DNA from: Candidatus Dojkabacteria bacterium
Lineage (GTDB): Bacteria > Patescibacteriota > Dojkabacteria > B142 > OLB20
Direction: 5' to 3'
Assembly: GCA_030583785.1 (NCBI GenBank)
Contig: CP129475.1
Span: 415,559-479,558, forward strand
DNA: 64,000 nucleotides
Part shown: positions 37,001 through 46,022 of the stretch, one piece after another
Layout: every line of letters starts with the position of its first letter
Position numbering within the stretch: position 1 is the stretch's first letter
Notes under the pieces: generated by a model
What the model was told of the DNA's origin: nothing
Databases searched by the model: none
Seen by the model: the letters and a program-made list of their open reading frames with translations, nothing else
Program-made: the position numbers and the translations under genes

Positions 37001-40000
37001 CACCCCAGTATAGATTATCAGTTGCAGCATTTGCTTGAGCAACAGTTGATAAGAAATTGTTTGGATTCGAACTACCTAGATGAATAAATTCTGTAACTTC
37101 AAGCCTATCGTCAACAACAACATAGCCATTATTATTCGCTCGCAGAATTAGATCTTCATCGCTAGCTAAATCTCCTGCGACAATGTATAGAGGCGAATCT
37201 GATTTAATGTAACTTGCAGTAGAGTTTGTGAATACGATGTCATTTGCAATCTGCACATCTCCAATACTTGTAAATGTGGCAGGCACATTGGCAGTGATGC
37301 CTACTGAAGATACAGTAAAAATCTCGGTACCATCAATTGCAAGCTCAAGTAGATTTCCACTAAACCCACTTGCAGGATTGACATACAATGCTGTCTCTGA
37401 TCCGTCGAGTTGTGTTCCCAATGTGGTTGTTCCTCCAAAAAGGAAATCGCCGTAGGTTTCGCTGGCTACATCATTAATGTAACCAAATTGATTAGCTCCA
37501 AAGCCGAATTCAAACCTTTGATCTGTTGCGTTGTCGTATCGCATAAAGAAGTCGGCGTTGCTTCCAAAGAACATTGATCTATCACTTGCTAGAAGAATGT
37601 CTCCACCAGTAAACTCCCAGCGATCATCGGTTGTAAATGTTATTGCTCCAGTATCTCCATCACTGGCAAACATATTCAAGACGGCATTGGCTGTTGATCC
37701 AGTGCCGATTCTAACGGTATTATCGCTAACATCAACACTAAAAGCAGCTCCAAGTGTGCTTCCACCGACTGCAAAGTCATCAGTTGTCTGGGTTAAATAA
37801 GAGATTGAACCTGAATCGGTGAATAATGAACCTCCTCCAAATGAGATACCGCAATTTGCTTCGCTAACATCACAAAGTAGGTCCTCTCCCCAATATAGAT
37901 CACCATTGGCACCAATACCAGTTGTGCCCACACTAAGGACATCAGAACTGTTTGTTCCTAAGTTGAGTCTGCCATCTATCTGTAGATTACCCGAATTATC
38001 AAGCCTAGCAACCTCCGTGGACAAGTCATTAACGAAACTCAACGCATAGTTTGTGTCACTAGTAATACTTAGGAGTACTCTCATATCAATCTCGTTATCA
38101 CCAGCGTTGTAATAATTACCTCGAAGTATTAAAGCACCTGAATTTGCTGTTGATCCTGTTGTTGAGTTGTCGATGATCATATTAAAAGGAGTTGTTCCTT
38201 GCACTGTTAAGTCTCCACCCACCCTGAAATTATCATCTGTTGCAAGAAGGTTGGTTCCTGCGTCATATAGATTTGTGTCGTTACCAATAACCAATCCACC
38301 GCTAGAGCCTGTCGAGATAACCCTTAACTGCTGATCGACCTGAAGATTGCTTGAAGTTACTAATAACTGAGTTCCCCCATCATAAAGATAAGTATCGTTG
38401 CCTATCTCAATACCAGCTGCAGACCCTGTTGTATTCAGCCTAAGTCTTCCGGTGCTGGGCTGGAAGAAGAATGGCCCTGTATCCGCACTGGCTCCAAGCA
38501 CAAAATTATCGGATGTACTAGTAAGGTATGTGAATGTGCCAGAGTCTGTAAATAACGAGCCAGTCCCGGCTAATAGATCAACAGTCTGACTGCCATCATA
38601 AAAGTTCAGACTAGTTCCATTAAACCAAAGGTCACCTGACCCGGGAGAACTTGGATTAGTTCCTGGCGAGAGATTAATCTGAGCGTTTGATGAAGTTGAA
38701 GCTGCAATATCAAGGAATGCTGTAGGAGCAGTAACTCCACCAATGCCGACCTTTCCTCCTGAGCTTTGCAAGGCAAGATCACCAGTGCTAATTATACTTA
38801 ATACATTAGTGGAAGTGTTGTAACTAATTGCCCCTTCGTCTGTCGTTGAAGTTCCAATATGTAGAGTACTTGGACCTAAGAATAACTCTTGGAAACGCCT
38901 TGTGTTTGATCCCAGATTGAAAGACTCGTTCGTGGAAGGCATTAAACTATTTGAAATCTCAAAACCAGTTAATGATGATCTCCAGGCAAGAACCTGTGGG
39001 CTTGTGCCTCCAAATTGAATTAAGGCATCTCCAGAAGCAGTATTTACATCTGTCTGTATATAAAGGTTGCCGTCAGAATAAATATTACCTTCAACTCCAA
39101 GATCTCCAGCGACGAACAAGTCGTTTCCATTCAGAACAAAACCACTATCGGCAATAGTAGATGTTGTTGACCCGATAAGTAGATCACCTCCACTCACATA
39201 AACATCGGCACCTGCAAATTCAAAAGTATCACTATCGAGAAATACTATGCTTCCACTATTTGTAGCATCACTTGCATAAAATTGTATCGTAGGATCATTG
39301 GAATCATTAGCGCCGTCACCAATTCTAACTAAGTTGGCAGCAACATCAACACTAAATGGAGCAACTAGCGTGTTATTTGCACCAACTGCAAAGTTATCGG
39401 CCGTCTGAGTTAAGTAAGTAATTGCGCCTCCATCTGTAAATAAAGAGGATCCACCAAAGGCGATGCCGCAGTTTGGTTGACTTACCATACAAATAAGATC
39501 CTCACCCCAGTAGAGGTCGCCATTTGCCGATGCACCAGTTGTGCCGACACTAAGTAAGTCACTAGTATTTGTTCCAAGATTCAATCGACCAGAAATCTGA
39601 AGGTTGCCCGATTGGTCTATACTTCCGACTTCACTTGCTTGAGCAGAGTTGTAAAAGCTTAATCTGTAGTCTGTATCGCTAACAATGTTTAATAACAAAC
39701 GCATATCTATCTCTGAGTCAGAAACGTTGAAATAATTTCCTCGAAGAATTACAGCACCTGAATTTGCAGTTGCCCCAGTGGTTGTATTATCAATTACAAT
39801 ATTTCCTGGAGTTGTTCCGCTCACAATCAAACTATTACCTCCGGTTATACTCGCATTTCCACCTGCAACTTGAAGAGCATCGTTAATATATACAAGATAA
39901 GAACCACCAGCACTTAATTCAAGATTTGCTCCTGTTTGGGAGATGAAACCGTCTGTAAGGGCTAGAGTACCTGCTCCAACATATATTCCATTTTCAACAT

Positions 40001-41561
40001 ATAACGCATCTCCTACTCCTAAAAGATCTAAGACAAATAGGTCGTCTGCATTGGCAGCATCAAGTACAAAATTTGTGTTTGTAAGAGGAGTATCATCACC
40101 TGACCAATTGCCGATTATGACATCATAATCATTCTCAACTGTTGCAGTGTTACTACCAGAATTGAAGGTAACTGTTTCCCATAAACCGTAGTTCGAATTA
40201 CACCCTGTTCCGTTCTGCAGACAAACCCTTTGATCTCCCCAAAAAAGGTCGTTTGTTGCTGCACTGGCTGCAGAGATGCCTAGAACATTATTAGCTGCAT
40301 TCCCAATATTTACAGTACCACTAACTATTAAGTTGCCTGTGCTTCCAGCATCTGTAAGAGCCATTAAGAGATTTGTTCCATCCCTGTATTCAAGACGATT
40401 ATTGGAAGTACTGTAGAATACCTGAATATCATCATCCGTACCAAGCATTAGCCTTGTATCATCAGTTATTCTAAAGGCTCCGCCACTCCACTGAAGAGTA
40501 TCAACAATATACTCAAACATGCCTGTATCACCTGTGGAAGAATAGAATTCTACCTTTGCATTTGATGTTGAACCATCTCCGAATCGAATCCTGTTTTCGC
40601 TCTTCTTAACGCTGAAGGCAGATACAAGTGTCGAAGAAAGCGACAAATCAGAGCCAGAAGAAGTAAGATAAGTTACATTTCCGTTGATAGTCCAAAGACC
40701 GCCTCCTCCTCCCGATGCTGCGTTAAGTGCATGAAGGATTGAATTAGTTCCTGCAGGAAGCGAACCATAAACTCCATCACTAAATGCGATATCTCCTGTA
40801 TTTGTATCGTTAAAAGTAAGTGTTGCATTACTGTATATGCCACCGGCATTGATATTAGCGTTACCTGCAATCGTAAGGTCGCCGCCATTAGATATTGTAA
40901 ATCTATCAGAACCCCCAACCTGAAATTGCAACAAGTTCGGAGTTCCGGTTCCATTCTCGTTCAAGAATAAAAGCGGAGAGGTAACATTACCAGTTTCTTG
41001 AACAGATGCAGGTGAGAGATGTACGAACCCAGTTGAAGAGATACCACCCAGGGTCTGAGCTTCGTATGCAAAAGGCACTGTGGTTAACAATTTTCGAGTA
41101 AATGTTTCTGGACTTGAAAAGTCACCGTTTCCGTCATCGTCGAACTCTACCTGTATATAGATTGTGTTGTCAGCGCCCCATACCAAACCTGATCCGCTAC
41201 ATCCACCAGAAGGTGACTCCCAGCTATTACAGATCGAATTCAGAGAAAGAGAGAATACGCCATCGTAATCTCCAAGTTCAACATCTTCATGAGTTTCTTG
41301 CCATAAAAGTGTTCCACCAACGCTGTCTGAATAGATACTGATTCTGAGGTCGCAAGTATCGGCTCCGGCTGAAACACAAGCTGGTGAACCCGGCACAAGG
41401 TTTGTTCCATTTGTCTTGTTGACTATCTTTCCTTGAAAACTCATTTGACTAGAAACAGCGGCTAGAGTAGATGGTGGGAAAGACAACAACGCCAGAAAGA
41501 TTACAACAGCTATTGCAATAGCTATGGTTGGCAGAATTTTTAGATTTTGTTCAGAACCCAT
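34056..41561 (-). CDS. Giant (2501 aa) secreted/surface protein: N-terminal signal anchor, long Gly/Ser/Thr/Asn/Asp-rich presumably beta-helical region with repeated DLYWG(E/D)..C.....NCG modules and an internal ~190-aa duplication, two tandem ~130-aa C-terminal domains
   Basis: The N-terminus ILPTIAIAIAVVIFLALLSFPPSTLAAVS is a signal/anchor. Four modules recur: DLFWGDQRVCLQNGTGCNSNYG, DLYWGEDLICMVSQPNCGIAFGG, DLYWGEDLLCDVSEANCGISFGG and NLYWGDKLVCNASQPNCGFNP. The strings LLAGTGSLFTD.G..TYLTSTSDNF also recur. A duplication spans aa ~578-770 vs ~1118-1310. The C-terminal pair is AGDIVSVS...ALAGRVPVKIS...GDPISVSS...TSRGMIIGTALE vs PGQVVSYT...LMRGSSIVYIS...GDFLAPAS...TKPGMVVGRALE. Confidence 0.8.
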   Translation of the reverse strand: MGSEQNLKILPTIAIAIAVVIFLALLSFPPSTLAAVSSQMSFQGKIVNKTNGTNLVPGSPACVSAGADTCDLRISIYSDSVGGTLLWQETHEDVELGDYDGVFSLSLNSICNSWESPSGGCSGSGLVWGADNTIYIQVEFDDDGNGDFSSPETFTRKLLTTVPFAYEAQTLGGISSTGFVHLSPASVQETGNVTSPLLFLNENGTGTPNLLQFQVGGSDRFTISNGGDLTIAGNANINAGGIYSNATLTFNDTNTGDIAFSDGVYGSLPAGTNSILHALNAASGGGGGLWTINGNVTYLTSSGSDLSLSSTLVSAFSVKKSENRIRFGDGSTSNAKVEFYSSTGDTGMFEYIVDTLQWSGGAFRITDDTRLMLGTDDDIQVFYSTSNNRLEYRDGTNLLMALTDAGSTGNLIVSGTVNIGNAANNVLGISAASAATNDLFWGDQRVCLQNGTGCNSNYGLWETVTFNSGSNTATVENDYDVIIGNWSGDDTPLTNTNFVLDAANADDLFVLDLLGVGDALYVENGIYVGAGTLALTDGFISQTGANLELSAGGSYLVYINDALQVAGGNASITGGNSLIVSGTTPGNIVIDNTTTGATANSGAVILRGNYFNVSDSEIDMRLLLNIVSDTDYRLSFYNSAQASEVGSIDQSGNLQISGRLNLGTNTSDLLSVGTTGASANGDLYWGEDLICMVSQPNCGIAFGGSSLFTDGGAITYLTQTADNFAVGANNTLVAPFSVDVAANLVRIGDGANDSNDPTIQFYASDATNSGSIVFLDSDTFEFAGADVYVSGGDLLIGSTTSTIADSGFVLNGNDLFVAGDLGVEGNIYSDGNLYIQTDVNTASGDALIQFGGTSPQVLAWRSSLTGFEISNSLMPSTNESFNLGSNTRRFQELFLGPSTLHIGTSTTDEGAISYNTSTNVLSIISTGDLALQSSGGKVGIGGVTAPTAFLDIAASTSSNAQINLSPGTNPSSPGSGDLWFNGTSLNFYDGSQTVDLLAGTGSLFTDSGTFTYLTSTSDNFVLGASADTGPFFFQPSTGRLRLNTTGSAAGIEIGNDTYLYDGGTQLLVTSSNLQVDQQLRVISTGSSGGLVIGNDTNLYDAGTNLLATDDNFRVGGDLTVQGTTPFNMIIDNSTTGSTANSGALILRGNYYNAGDNEIDMRVLLSITSDTNYALSFVNDLSTEVARLDNSGNLQIDGRLNLGTNSSDVLSVGTTGIGANGDLYWGEDLLCDVSEANCGISFGGGSLFTDSGSISYLTQTTDDFAVGGSTLGAAFSVDVSDNTVRIGTGSTANAVLNMFASDGDTGAITFTTDDRWEFTGGDILLASDRSMFFGSNADFFMRYDNATDQRFEFGFGANQFGYINDVASETYGDFLFGGTTTLGTQLDGSETALYVNPASGFSGNLLELAIDGTEIFTVSSVGITANVPATFTSIGDVQIANDIVFTNSTASYIKSDSPLYIVAGDLASDEDLILRANNNGYVVVDDRLEVTEFIHLGSSNPNNFLSTVAQANAATDNLYWGDKLVCNASQPNCGFNPLLTDAGTVTYLTSTTDNFAIGGTGLTAAFSVDVNNNLVRVGVGSGSNGKIDFYSANGNTGRLEYTNADTLELNDANFVFNQNGAAVDFIIEGDTDSYLINASGGTDRVGIGVQNPDAWLDIKAATTASAQINLSSSSGVNPSAPVNGDLWWNGTNLYFYNGSSNIDLLAGALWTNGTNGYFSNTEAIIIGADAAFSYVSTPSAGDMRVTDDLEVGDRVYVGGDLIVGASTSATSTIAHGSFSLSGDDMFVAGLLGVEGGIFTDGDLYLQTDQDTTASGDITINFGGTNTETLKWNGTDSEFQLSDSITVSGNIVISGTSAGIVYANVATGNAPTCDSSTVGTTIYNRDSGENGSIYLCRQNSSNNYEWVDMTNGSGTPDIAEYVKTDDTSISAGDIVSVSNKQHEDENLYNRFLVEKATTSSRNNVLGIISTNPGLVLNPSTPDNKLDLAYFKPLALAGRVPVKISTESQDISIGDPISVSSNAGRGQKATSRGMIIGTALEAWTKESGKISILVMINNTWFDPSDENSIAIGSNGYGVIRFNPETGKFEFDADGDGIPEFVMGEDSSSLAFDPEIEAPDQSEAPIIKPIDPIVINNTISVESTNEMFFAKEEELVLPGQVVSYTDNPLEVSKSNNLNSNLIAGVASVSPKVNIDKLVNGSTASVPTLMRGSSIVYISEENGPIKRGDFLAPASIPGYVMRATKPGMVVGRALEDFDSTFFTAGDSELVRENIVNYKIEAYDYIDELIRQGLSNEDAQTLLNLVNNELYKELNIEDEKARILAEMIQEEATVLPEIGRINAYVSPIYVGSEVFGERNNGISALQIESFTLANGDNLFEIIDNPGSTSLAISIDQLVVKGALVVEGDLDVLGVFYANEAVTNSLLIERKLSLGTGQNQAAGKAVISAGSVRVEVNNIQVNSDSIVQLTANQFVQYRVVNIKPGVGFTIEIENSIDTDTIFNYFIIN
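37634..38210 (-). repeat. Copy 2 of intragenic duplication inside the giant gene (approximate bounds)
   Basis: It reads LTVQGTTPFNMIIDNSTTGSTANSGALILRGNYYNAGDNEIDMRVLLSITSDTNYALSF...DLYWGEDLLCDVSEANCGISFGG...FSVDVSDNTVRIGTG. Confidence 0.6.
39254..39830 (-). repeat. Copy 1 of intragenic ~190-aa (~575 bp) duplication inside the giant gene (approximate bounds)
   Basis: Protein segment LIVSGTTPGNIVIDNTTTGATANSGAVILRGNYFNVSDSEIDMRLLLNIVSDTDYRLSF...DLYWGEDLICMVSQPNCGIAFGG...FSVDVAANLVRIGDG is ~65% identical to copy 2. Confidence 0.6.
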
Positions 41562-41874
41562 AGGGATCTCAATTATTTACTTGCAAAAGGCAAAACAAAG
41601 ATTATGTAAAATCGATGTTTATTCATTCATATTATGCAAAATTTATTAAGAGAGCAACAAAAAGATGTAAAAAAGCGAAGTATAAACTCCATGTCCAACA
41701 AAGGATATAGCGTTCGCTATTATTTTCTGAATAATTTGAAAAATCAAAGATAATGAAGTATATAGCCATACGAAATCAAAACGAATACGCTTCACCAATT
41801 AACATATCCATGCACTTTGGTTTTCGTTAGCACTTCTAGTATATGTTTGCCAATAATTCAAATATACATTGTCA

Positions 41875-42966
41875 CTACGAATGATGAAAGACAATCACAT
41901 CTCCTTCATTAACTATATAATCCTTTCCCTCGAGTCGCATCTTTCCAGCTTCTTTTGCCTTCAACCAACCTCCGGATTTTACAAAATCATCATAAGAACA
42001 AACCTCGGCACGAATGAAGTGATCTTCGAAATCACTATGAATTACTCCTGCAGCAACTGGTGCTTTACTTCCTTTTACCAGAGACCAGGCGCGAACTTCT
42101 TTATTTCCTGCTGTAAAGAAAGAAATCAATCCAAGAGATGCATATGCAGACCTAATTAGCATTTCAAGGCCAGTAGCTTCGATTCCATATTCGTTCATAA
42201 ATTCAAGTCTTTCCAATTGAGAAAGCTGCGATAACTCATACTCGAGTTTAATATCAACTGCAATAAGTTGCGCAGTTTTGGGAATAGAAAGCTTATCCCG
42301 CTTATCATCTAGATCCTGAATAGTAAGATGATCCCTTGTATTTAGAACATAAATCATAGGTTTATCAGTAAGTAGCATCAGCTGTTTCCTTAGTGTAAAC
42401 AATACTAGGTTGTCAGGGTCAACAGACAGGGTCATAGCGAGCTTGCCAGACTCTAGTGTTTCACGGAGCGTGTGTACATGATTAACAAAATCCTGCTTTA
42501 CCCTGCCAGCCCTAAGTTGTTTTTCTAGGCCTGTTAATTGTTTATATACAGTATCTAAATCTTTGAGAATCAATTCAGTCTCAATAATCTCTTTGTCTCG
42601 AATTGCATTAACATCGTTTTCAACATGTATTACTTTTTCATCAACAAAGTCCCTAATTACATGGATTATACAATCTGTATTTCCAATATGTTTTAGAAAT
42701 TCGTTCCCTAGACCCTCACCTTGATGGGCTCCCTTTACGATCCCTGCAATATCAAAAAACTCCACTACAGCTGGAACAATATTTTTTGATTCGCATATAT
42801 TAGCTAATATCTCAAGTCTAGGCTCAGGAACAGGAACTATTCCTACATTGGGATCTATTGTACAAAATGGATAGTTTTCCGCTGCTATCTGTTGAGCTGT
42901 TAAGGCGTTAAACAAAGTGGACTTACCAACATTAGGCAGACCTACAATACCGATAGATAATGACAT
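41875..42966 (-). CDS. ychF: Ribosome-binding ATPase YchF (Obg-like ATPase with C-terminal TGS domain)
   Basis: [18 protein letters not shown] (G1) and the [12 protein letters not shown] motif precede a C-terminal TGS region ([22 protein letters not shown]). Confidence 0.9.
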   Translation of the reverse strand: MSLSIGIVGLPNVGKSTLFNALTAQQIAAENYPFCTIDPNVGIVPVPEPRLEILANICESKNIVPAVVEFFDIAGIVKGAHQGEGLGNEFLKHIGNTDCIIHVIRDFVDEKVIHVENDVNAIRDKEIIETELILKDLDTVYKQLTGLEKQLRAGRVKQDFVNHVHTLRETLESGKLAMTLSVDPDNLVLFTLRKQLMLLTDKPMIYVLNTRDHLTIQDLDDKRDKLSIPKTAQLIAVDIKLEYELSQLSQLERLEFMNEYGIEATGLEMLIRSAYASLGLISFFTAGNKEVRAWSLVKGSKAPVAAGVIHSDFEDHFIRAEVCSYDDFVKSGGWLKAKEAGKMRLEGKDYIVNEGDVIVFHHS

Positions 42967-42975
42967 AATTAAAGA

Positions 42976-44412
42976 TTAAAGAGTATGTGATTCATTAAGA
43001 TCTGGTATTATAGCATTCCTACCTTCTGCGACAATTGAATTCTGCAACATCTTACTTTGTGACTCTTCGGCATGAACAAGAAATATCTGCTTTAAAGAGG
43101 ATTTAGCCTGAACATTCAACCAAAACAAAAGCGTGGGTTCGTCTGCGTGAGCTGAAAATCCTCTGATATACTCTACTTGAGAGTTGATATCAATATCTCT
43201 CTTATTAATTTTTACAACTTTTGCTCCATCTACAATAGCCCTCCCAAGCGTTCCTTCAGCTTGATAGCCAACAAATAACAACGAATTTCTAGACTTTGAG
43301 GCATAAGAAGCTACATGCTGAAGTATTCTTCCGCCCTCCACCATACCACTTCCGGCAATTATTATTGACCGACTAGAAGCTTTTAGTCTTAGCGACTGCT
43401 TTGCTGTTCTGATATATCGAAGTTCATCGAAATCGAATCTGGAACTGCCGTATTCACCTATAACTAAAGACTTCTTGACGCCATTCTCATCAGAATATTC
43501 ACCGTACGAAAAATTTCGATTAAAATATGATGCAAATTGCGTGTATATCCTTGTTGCTCTCGATGCCATTGGACTATCCAAAATTATTTGTACATTACTC
43601 TTAATACTGCTACTCTCTATAGATATTTTTAGCAATTCCAAGATTTCCTGCGTACGATGTATAGCAAAGGACGGAATGATAACATTTCCATCTCTTTCAA
43701 TCGTATTATTAACTAAATTTAAGAACTTATTTGTTGTTGATTCTCTATCCTCATGTGTTATTCCTCCATAAAGAGACTCCATTATTATATAATCTGGATC
43801 AAAATCGGATGAATTAGAAAAAGGATTTACTATTGATTGGTCTATTCTCCCAAGGTCGCCAGAAAATAATAGCTTTGTATCATTAACAACAATCTCAATC
43901 GATGCGGCACCAAGTATGTGTCCTGCAGGTACGAATCTTACAGAGACATTACTCATCGGCATAAAAACATCTCCCAAGTTTTTGGTAACAAATCTCGAGA
44001 TTGTATTTTGAGCATCGATGGTATCGTATAAAATATTATGCATTTCAAACGGCATAGACTCAGAATATATATGCTTGTTATTAGAGTTCTTCCTAGACTC
44101 TATTTCTTGAATCTTTGCAGAATCCAATAGAACCAGCTCAGCCAACGCCGAAGTCGGCGGAGTAAGATATATTTTACCAGTGAATCCTTGTCTCACCAGT
44201 TTAGGCAACAACCCACAATGATCCATATGAGCATGGGTCAGCAAGACAAAATCTATTGACTTTGGATCGAAAGCGAAAGGTTTGCTATTTAGATCTTCAA
44301 CATCTGATCCTTGAAACATTCCGCAGTCAACCAAAATATTTACTCCTTCGTCTTGGATTTGATAACAGGAACCGGTTACAGTCTTTGCGGCTCCTCTAAA
44401 GATTAATTGCAT
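42976..44412 (-). CDS. Beta-CASP family metallo-beta-lactamase-fold ribonuclease (RNase J / CPSF-like)
   Basis: The MBL motif LLTHAHMDHCG (HxHxDH) comes after FRGAAKTVTGSCYQI. The protein is 478 aa with a beta-CASP-like C-terminal half. Confidence 0.7.
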   Translation of the reverse strand: MQLIFRGAAKTVTGSCYQIQDEGVNILVDCGMFQGSDVEDLNSKPFAFDPKSIDFVLLTHAHMDHCGLLPKLVRQGFTGKIYLTPPTSALAELVLLDSAKIQEIESRKNSNNKHIYSESMPFEMHNILYDTIDAQNTISRFVTKNLGDVFMPMSNVSVRFVPAGHILGAASIEIVVNDTKLLFSGDLGRIDQSIVNPFSNSSDFDPDYIIMESLYGGITHEDRESTTNKFLNLVNNTIERDGNVIIPSFAIHRTQEILELLKISIESSSIKSNVQIILDSPMASRATRIYTQFASYFNRNFSYGEYSDENGVKKSLVIGEYGSSRFDFDELRYIRTAKQSLRLKASSRSIIIAGSGMVEGGRILQHVASYASKSRNSLLFVGYQAEGTLGRAIVDGAKVVKINKRDIDINSQVEYIRGFSAHADEPTLLFWLNVQAKSSLKQIFLVHAEESQSKMLQNSIVAEGRNAIIPDLNESHTL

Positions 44413-44573
44413 TTGTTATGAAAAGTGATATTTAAAATAATATATGATTTATAATATTGTATTAGATATTGACACAAAAATAACAATAAATATGTTACGC
44501 ACAAAAGTAATTAACCTGAGTATTTAGTACAAACTATTTGATTGCCTGTGCAAATATCTTGTGATCATATATT

Positions 44574-46022
44574 TTACTCTCCTTGGGCATCACGATACAT
44601 ATCGGTGGCGATCCTTAGCAGTTCCTCTTTTTTATTGCTAAGTGGTTCTTCGACAACAATCTCTAGTAGATCGTTCAATATTTTTCCTATCATGGGTCCA
44701 GAGGTTATCCCCAAACCTATCAGGTCTCTACCATTTATTGCCAGATCAGATAATTTGATCGCTAATTCTTGCCTGCGGATTTCTGCTATTCTCGCTTGTA
44801 GTGCGGTAATTTCGTTTGGTTCAAATTGACTATGCGGATTTGCTGTAGCATCAGCTATGCGCAATTTGAATAGATCGTCGATCAGCTCATCACCGACATT
44901 TTTTATGAATCTTCTTACAGCCGCATCTGACCAACCTCCTTCGTAGGCAGCATCTTGAGATTCAGATTTTCTGTATTCTGCTGAAGGATAGTAGAACATG
45001 TGCCACCTAACTAAGGACGCTACTCTTTTCACCACCTTGGATGAATACCTAAGCCTAGAAAGAATCTCTGTAGCCATTTTTGATCCTTCAACATCGTGAC
45101 CAAAGAAATGAATACCTGTTTCATCTTCACTTTTTGTTCTTGATTTACCAATATCATGCAAAAGAGCTGCAAGTTTAATACTGTCCTCAGCAAGATCGAG
45201 CGTTTTTAAGCTATGTGTATAGACATCATCTGCGTGCCATTTTGGTTGAACAAGACCAATCAATTCAAGTAGTTCTGGAATAAATAACTCAAGCAAACCA
45301 CTCATTCTTAGCAGTTCAATACCTTTTGAAGGTTTCGGCGAAAACATTAAGAGTTTATTCAACTCTTCCCTAACCCTCTCCATAGAAATACGCTTTGCTA
45401 CATGCAATGTTTCTTGAATGGCATTAAATGTGTCTATTTCTATCTCAAAATCCAATTCTGAGGCTAACCTGCAAGCTTTAAATGCCCTTAGACCGTCTTC
45501 TCCAAATCGTTCTAGTGGATCCCGCACCGCTCGTATAGTTTTGTTTAATAGGTCGTTAACTCCTTTATAAGGATCAACTATTATCTCTTCTATTGATACT
45601 CCTGGATCAGAAAAGTCTGCAAAATTGATTGCTATAGCGTTAATTGTAAAATCTCTTCTTGCTAGATCCTCTTCTATTGCTGAAGAGAATTCAACATGGG
45701 AGGGCCATCTGCCTCCAATATAATTTTCTTCTTTTCTGTATGTTGTAACCTCAACATCCTTCCTTTCTCCATTCTCATCCTCAATTACAATTAATACAGT
45801 GCCAAAAGCTGCATTTGTAGTTATTGCTTTTACAAAAAGCTTTTGCACATCTTCGGGTTTTGCATTGGTAGCTAGATCAAAGTCTTTAGGTGACCTGCTT
45901 AATAGCAAATCTCTTACTGCTCCTCCAACAAGGTGAGCCTCATAACCGGCATCAATCAGAATATCCGCAACCCTAAAGACATACTCTGGAATCTGATTTC
46001 GTAGTTGTGAATGGTTAATCAT
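44574..46022 (-). CDS. cca: CCA-adding tRNA nucleotidyltransferase with C-terminal HD domain
   Basis: The class II nucleotidyltransferase head LVGGAVRDLLLSRSPKDFDLAT and RRDFTINAIA motif precede an HD domain (LAALLHDIGK). Confidence 0.85.
   Translation of the reverse strand: MINHSQLRNQIPEYVFRVADILIDAGYEAHLVGGAVRDLLLSRSPKDFDLATNAKPEDVQKLFVKAITTNAAFGTVLIVIEDENGERKDVEVTTYRKEENYIGGRWPSHVEFSSAIEEDLARRDFTINAIAINFADFSDPGVSIEEIIVDPYKGVNDLLNKTIRAVRDPLERFGEDGLRAFKACRLASELDFEIEIDTFNAIQETLHVAKRISMERVREELNKLLMFSPKPSKGIELLRMSGLLELFIPELLELIGLVQPKWHADDVYTHSLKTLDLAEDSIKLAALLHDIGKSRTKSEDETGIHFFGHDVEGSKMATEILSRLRYSSKVVKRVASLVRWHMFYYPSAEYRKSESQDAAYEGGWSDAAVRRFIKNVGDELIDDLFKLRIADATANPHSQFEPNEITALQARIAEIRRQELAIKLSDLAINGRDLIGLGITSGPMIGKILNDLLEIVVEEPLSNKKEELLRIATDMYRDAQGE

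Noticed and set aside
34756-41341. About 14 plus-strand ORFs of 60-109 aa inside the giant gene (e.g. 34756..35085, 35311..35604, 37531..37800, 41102..41341)
   Set aside because: They are antisense to a continuous 7.5-kb minus-strand ORF with coherent repeat structure. Their Pro/Ser/Val-rich low-complexity translations are what one expects from reading Gly/Thr/Asn-rich codons backwards.
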